64,000 bases of DNA from the NCBI GenBank assembly GCA_943787745.1, contig CALSNJ010000002.1, positions 1,048,668 to 1,112,667 of the forward strand, written 5' to 3'. The DNA is from an uncultured Alphaproteobacteria bacterium. Its GTDB lineage: Bacteria > Pseudomonadota > Alphaproteobacteria > UBA6615. A program made the position numbers and the translations under genes. Below, in pieces: positions 53,863 to 64,000 of the stretch. Each line of letters starts with the position of its first letter. The first letter of the stretch is position 1. Below the pieces are notes generated by a model. The model did no database searches and was not told the DNA's origin. It saw only the letters and a program-made list of their open reading frames with translations.

Positions 53863-55943
53863 CTAAGCCATTTTCGAGACGACCTCTTCAGCAACTGCCT
53901 GCGGCACCTGCTCATAGTGATCGAAGACCATCGTGAAGGTCGCACGGCCCTGACTCATGGACCGCAACGTATTCACATATCCGAACATATTCGCCAGCGG
54001 GACCATGGCATTCACGACGCGGGCATTGCCGCGCGTATCCATCGAACCAACCTGACCACGGCGGCTGTTCAGATCACCAATAATGTCACCCATGTACTCT
54101 TCCGGGGTCACACACTTCGACTTTCATCACTGGCTCAAGAAGCCGCGGCGAACCTTTCTGCAAGGCCTCGCGGAATGCTGCACGTGACGCAATTTCAAAG
54201 GCCATCACCGAAGAGTCGACGTCATGCGACGCGCCGTCTACCAAGGTTGCCTTGAAATCGATAACCGGGAATCCGGCAATGCTGCCAGCGTCGCGGGCAG
54301 AATTGATACCCTTCTCAACGCCCGGAATGAACTCCCGCGGAACCGACCCGCCAAAAACACCACTTTCGAAATTCGAAACCCGAACCTGCTTCAAGCGGCT
54401 CAAATTCGATTTTCACCCGTGCAAACTGGCCTGAACCACCGGTCTGCTTCTTATGGGTGTAATCAATGGTGACAGCTTCGGTCATCTTCTCACGGTAAGC
54501 CACCTGCGGCGCACCGACATTGGCCTCAACCTTGAATTCACGCTTCATGCGATCCACAAGAATTTCCAGATGAAGCTCGCCCATCCCCTTAAGAATGGTC
54601 TGACCGCTTTCCTCATCACTCTGAACGCGGAACGAAGGATCTTCTGCGGCAAGACGCTGCAGGGCCTGACCCATTTTTTCCTGGTCAGCCTTTGTCTTCG
54701 GCTCAACGGCGATCTCAATGACCGGCTCCGGGAACTCCATGCGCTCAAGAACAACCGGATGAGCCGGGTCACAAAGCGTGTCACCCGTCGTCGTGGCCTT
54801 CATTCCTGCAAGAGCGACAATGTCTCCGGCACGAGCAACTTTGATATCTTCACGGTCATTGGCATGCATGAGAAGCATGCGACCCACGCGCTCACGGTTG
54901 TCCTTGACTGTGTTCAGCACGGACTGACCGGTTTCCACCGAACCCGAATAGACGCGCGCAAATGTCAGCGAGCCAACAAACGGATCGGTCATGATCTTGA
55001 AGGCAAGCGCAGCAAAAGGCTCATCGTCCGAACTTTCGCGCACAACTGCATTTTCAGTGCCCGGCTCAATACCGTTAATGGCAGGAACCTCAATGGGAGA
55101 CGGCAGGTAATCAACGACCGCATCAAGCAGTGGCTGAACACCCTTGTTCTTGAACGCCGAACCACACAGCACGGGCACGAGACTCAGGGACAAAGTCCCC
55201 TTGCGGATGCACTCCTTGAGGGTGGCCTCGTCGGGCTCCGTGCCATCAAGATAGGCTTCCATGGCCGCATCGTCATTCTCAACCGCAGCCTCAACCAGCT
55301 TTTCGCGCCATGCAGCAGCGTCAGCCGCCATGTCTTCGGGAATGTCGATATATTCGAATTCGGCACCGAGGTTTTCGTCCTTCCAGACAATCCCCTTCAT
55401 CATGACCAGATCCACAACGCCACGCAGTTCCGCCTCTGACCCGATGGGCAGCTGCAAGACAATCGGGTTTGCACCAAGGCGATCCACGATCATGTCAACG
55501 CAGTTGTAAAAATCAGCGCCGATACGGTCCATCTTGTTGACGAAACAGATACGCGGCACACCGTACTTGTCGGCCTGACGCCAAACCGTTTCAGATTGCG
55601 GCTCAACGCCGGCAACACTGTCAAACACAGCAACCGCGCCATCGAGAACACGCAACGAGCGCTCAACCTCAATGGTGAAATCCACATGGCCAGGCGTATC
55701 AATAATGTTGACGCGATGGTCTTTCCAGAACGCGGTGGTCGCAGCAGAGGTGATCGTGATCCCACGCTCCTGCTCCTGCTCCATCCAGTCCATTGTGGCC
55801 GCGCCATCATGAACTTCGCCGATCTTGTAGGAACGGCCCGTGTAATAGAGAACACGCTCGGTCGTGGTCGTCTTACCGGCGTCAATATGGGCCATAATGC
55901 CGATATTGCGGTACTTACTGATCGGTGTTTCGCGATTGGACAT
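53863..55943 (-). pseudogene. fusA: Elongation factor G, split into three ORFs by two apparent 1-nt insertions near 54368 and 54112. Either a sequence error or a pseudogene.
   Basis: ORFs 54315-55943, 54086-54403 and 53863-54111 cover EF-G domains I-V contiguously. Deleting one nucleotide at each junction restores [19 protein letters not shown] and [14 protein letters not shown]. Confidence 0.88.
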
Positions 55944-55975
55944 GTCTAAATCTCTTCCGGGAGCTCTCTAAGCCA

Positions 55976-56446
55976 CTACCAACGATAATGGGAGAAAGCC
56001 TTATTGGCCTCCGCCATACGATGGGTGTCTTCACGCTTTTTCACAGCGTTGCCACGATTTTCAGCGGCATCCTGAACCTCGCGCGACAGGCGCTCTTCCA
56101 TGGTGTTCTCCGGACGACCGCGTGCCGCCTGGATCAGCCAACGGAATGCCAAAGCCTGTCCGCGATCGGAGCGAACCTCAACGGGCACCTGATAGGTGGC
56201 ACCACCAACACGACGCGACCGAACTTCAAGCTGCGGCTTGATGTTGTCGAGAGCCTCATGGAAGGTCCGAATAGGATCACCACCACGCTTGCTCGCGATA
56301 TCCTCGAACGCAGCGTAAACAATACGCTCTGCGGCCGATTTCTTACCGTGATACATAACGCTGTTGGTGAACTTGCTCACCACCAGATCACCGTATTTTG
56401 GATCCGGAAGCACTTCACGTTTTTCTGCGCGCCGACGACGGGACAT
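55976..56446 (-). CDS. rpsG: 30S ribosomal protein S7
   Basis: 156-aa S7. Confidence 0.95.
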   Translation of the reverse strand: MSRRRRAEKREVLPDPKYGDLVVSKFTNSVMYHGKKSAAERIVYAAFEDIASKRGGDPIRTFHEALDNIKPQLEVRSRRVGGATYQVPVEVRSDRGQALAFRWLIQAARGRPENTMEERLSREVQDAAENRGNAVKKREDTHRMAEANKAFSHYRW

Positions 56447-56461
56447 ATCTCTATTCCTCCG

Positions 56462-56833
56462 CTATTTGGGCCGCTTCGCGCCGTATTTCGAACGACGCTG
56501 GCGACGGTCAGACACACCCTGGGTATCGAGTACGCCGCGGATAATGTGATAACGAACACCGGGCAAATCCTTTACCCGGCCACCGCGGATCATCACCACG
56601 GAATGTTCCTGAAGATTGTGACCCTCACCCGGGATGTAGCTCGTCACTTCAAAGCCATTGGTCAGGCGCACACGTGCAACCTTTCGCAGGGCCGAGTTCG
56701 GCTTTTTCGGGGTGGTCGTGTAGACGCGGGTACACACACCGCGTTTTTGCGGACATGCTTCGAGCGCCGGAACCTTATTACGCTTGATCGGGGCCTTCCG
56801 GGGCTTACGGATCAGCTGATTAATCGTGGGCAT
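56462..56833 (-). CDS. rpsL: 30S ribosomal protein S12
   Basis: 123 aa from [10 protein letters not shown] (ATG 56833). The tool ORF is extended upstream. Confidence 0.95.
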   Translation of the reverse strand: MPTINQLIRKPRKAPIKRNKVPALEACPQKRGVCTRVYTTTPKKPNSALRKVARVRLTNGFEVTSYIPGEGHNLQEHSVVMIRGGRVKDLPGVRYHIIRGVLDTQGVSDRRQRRSKYGAKRPK

Positions 56834-57018
56834 ATTGCTTCCTTGATACGTCCCGTTATTCACGTTCGAACCAACTACACAAAGCAATAACGAGGCAGAC
56901 AACAGTCCTGCCCTGCGAGCTTTTTCGCTAACTCGTTGCGTGTGCGCATTTAATTCGTGATGCCTTAGGCTGTGTTTAGACTGCGCGCGTCTACTACCAA
57001 CCTAGTTAAGGCGCGCGG

Positions 57019-57047
57019 ATACTACTCACGGCCCCTATAGGCGTCAA
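57019..57047 (-). promoter_or_regulatory. Candidate sigma70 promoter for the rpsL (str) operon (TTGACG-N17-TAGTAT)
   Basis: Minus strand reads ctgTTGACGcctataggggccgtgagTAGTATcc, ~190 nt upstream of rpsL. The match to consensus is weaker than for the alpha-operon candidate. Confidence 0.3.
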
Positions 57048-57151
57048 CAGCCAAATCCGATAAATCATGCTGCGACGCAAAACAGTTTCAGAATTCTTAA
57101 TTTTCCATTTGTTTCAAAAGCTTACCGGGCCAACAAATGGATATTCAGGTA

Positions 57152-57207
57152 CATTTTTTACCCAAAAATGAAATACGCCGTCCCAGCTTTCACCAGGACG
57201 GCGTATC
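57152..57207 (-). terminator. Intrinsic terminator after rpoC
   Basis: Perfect 11-bp inverted repeat ATACGCCGTCC/GGACGGCGTAT (57173-57207) with a 13-nt loop. On the minus strand it is followed by TTCATTTTTGGG, ~25 nt after the rpoC TAG. Confidence 0.8.
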
Positions 57208-57231
57208 CATCATGAGATATCTCCGAAAAGA

Positions 57232-64000
<6,769 letters not shown>

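Noticed and set aside
55925-56890. 321-aa +-strand ORF
   Set aside because: Antisense to rpsG and rpsL.
56834-57231. tRNA or small RNA gene in the rpoC-rpsL spacer
   Set aside because: No cloverleaf-compatible GTGGNNTAG...TTCGANT pattern is present. The spacer is explained by the rpoC terminator plus the rpsL promoter and leader. The 93-aa +-strand ORF 57137-57418 overlaps the terminator and the rpoC 3' end and is spurious.

Overview
High-GC alphaproteobacterial (probably Rhodobacterales-like) chromosomal window, made up almost entirely of core housekeeping genes. I find no CRISPR array, transposase, integrase, phage gene or recognisable defence island. I also find no convincing previously undescribed system, and I say so plainly rather than inventing one.

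Gene content, left to right:
- + strand, 1-3.6 kb: the 3' half of glnE, then bcp, a DUF455 protein and a DMT transporter.
- - strand: prfB, with its conserved programmed +1 frameshift site located exactly; the cell-wall pair mrcA-amiC.
- + strand: rne, with a ~410-nt leader and a modular low-complexity C-terminal domain.
- A metabolic and periplasmic block: aminotransferase, GGT, M48 protease, DsbA, maiA, S9 peptidase, mgtE, maeB, lipB, acyP.
- pccA and pccB on the - strand, separated by a +-strand pair: a sensor class-III adenylate cyclase and an orphan CmoB-like methyltransferase.
- - strand: atp12, a 1041-aa AsmA-family protein, an RluA-family pseudouridine synthase, crcB, rarA, degP.
- 38.5-64 kb, all on the - strand: the complete rpoB(partial)-rpoC / rpsL-rpsG-fusA-tuf / S10-spc-alpha ribosomal superoperon. 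It ends at rplQ with a textbook intrinsic terminator.

Most unusual observations:
1. Three single-nucleotide insertions within ~800 bp split fusA into three ORFs and tuf into two, while the ~70 other genes in the window are intact.
2. The cyclase + CmoB-like methyltransferase pair sits between the two propionyl-CoA carboxylase subunit genes.
3. An acidic insertion lies in the S1 region of RNase E, and its C-terminal domain carries repeated Arg-rich/acidic modules.
4. A near-consensus sigma70 promoter for the alpha operon lies in the adk-rpsM spacer, with the -10 element in a hairpin loop.

All product calls rest on motif-level recognition from the translated ORFs; no database search was possible.
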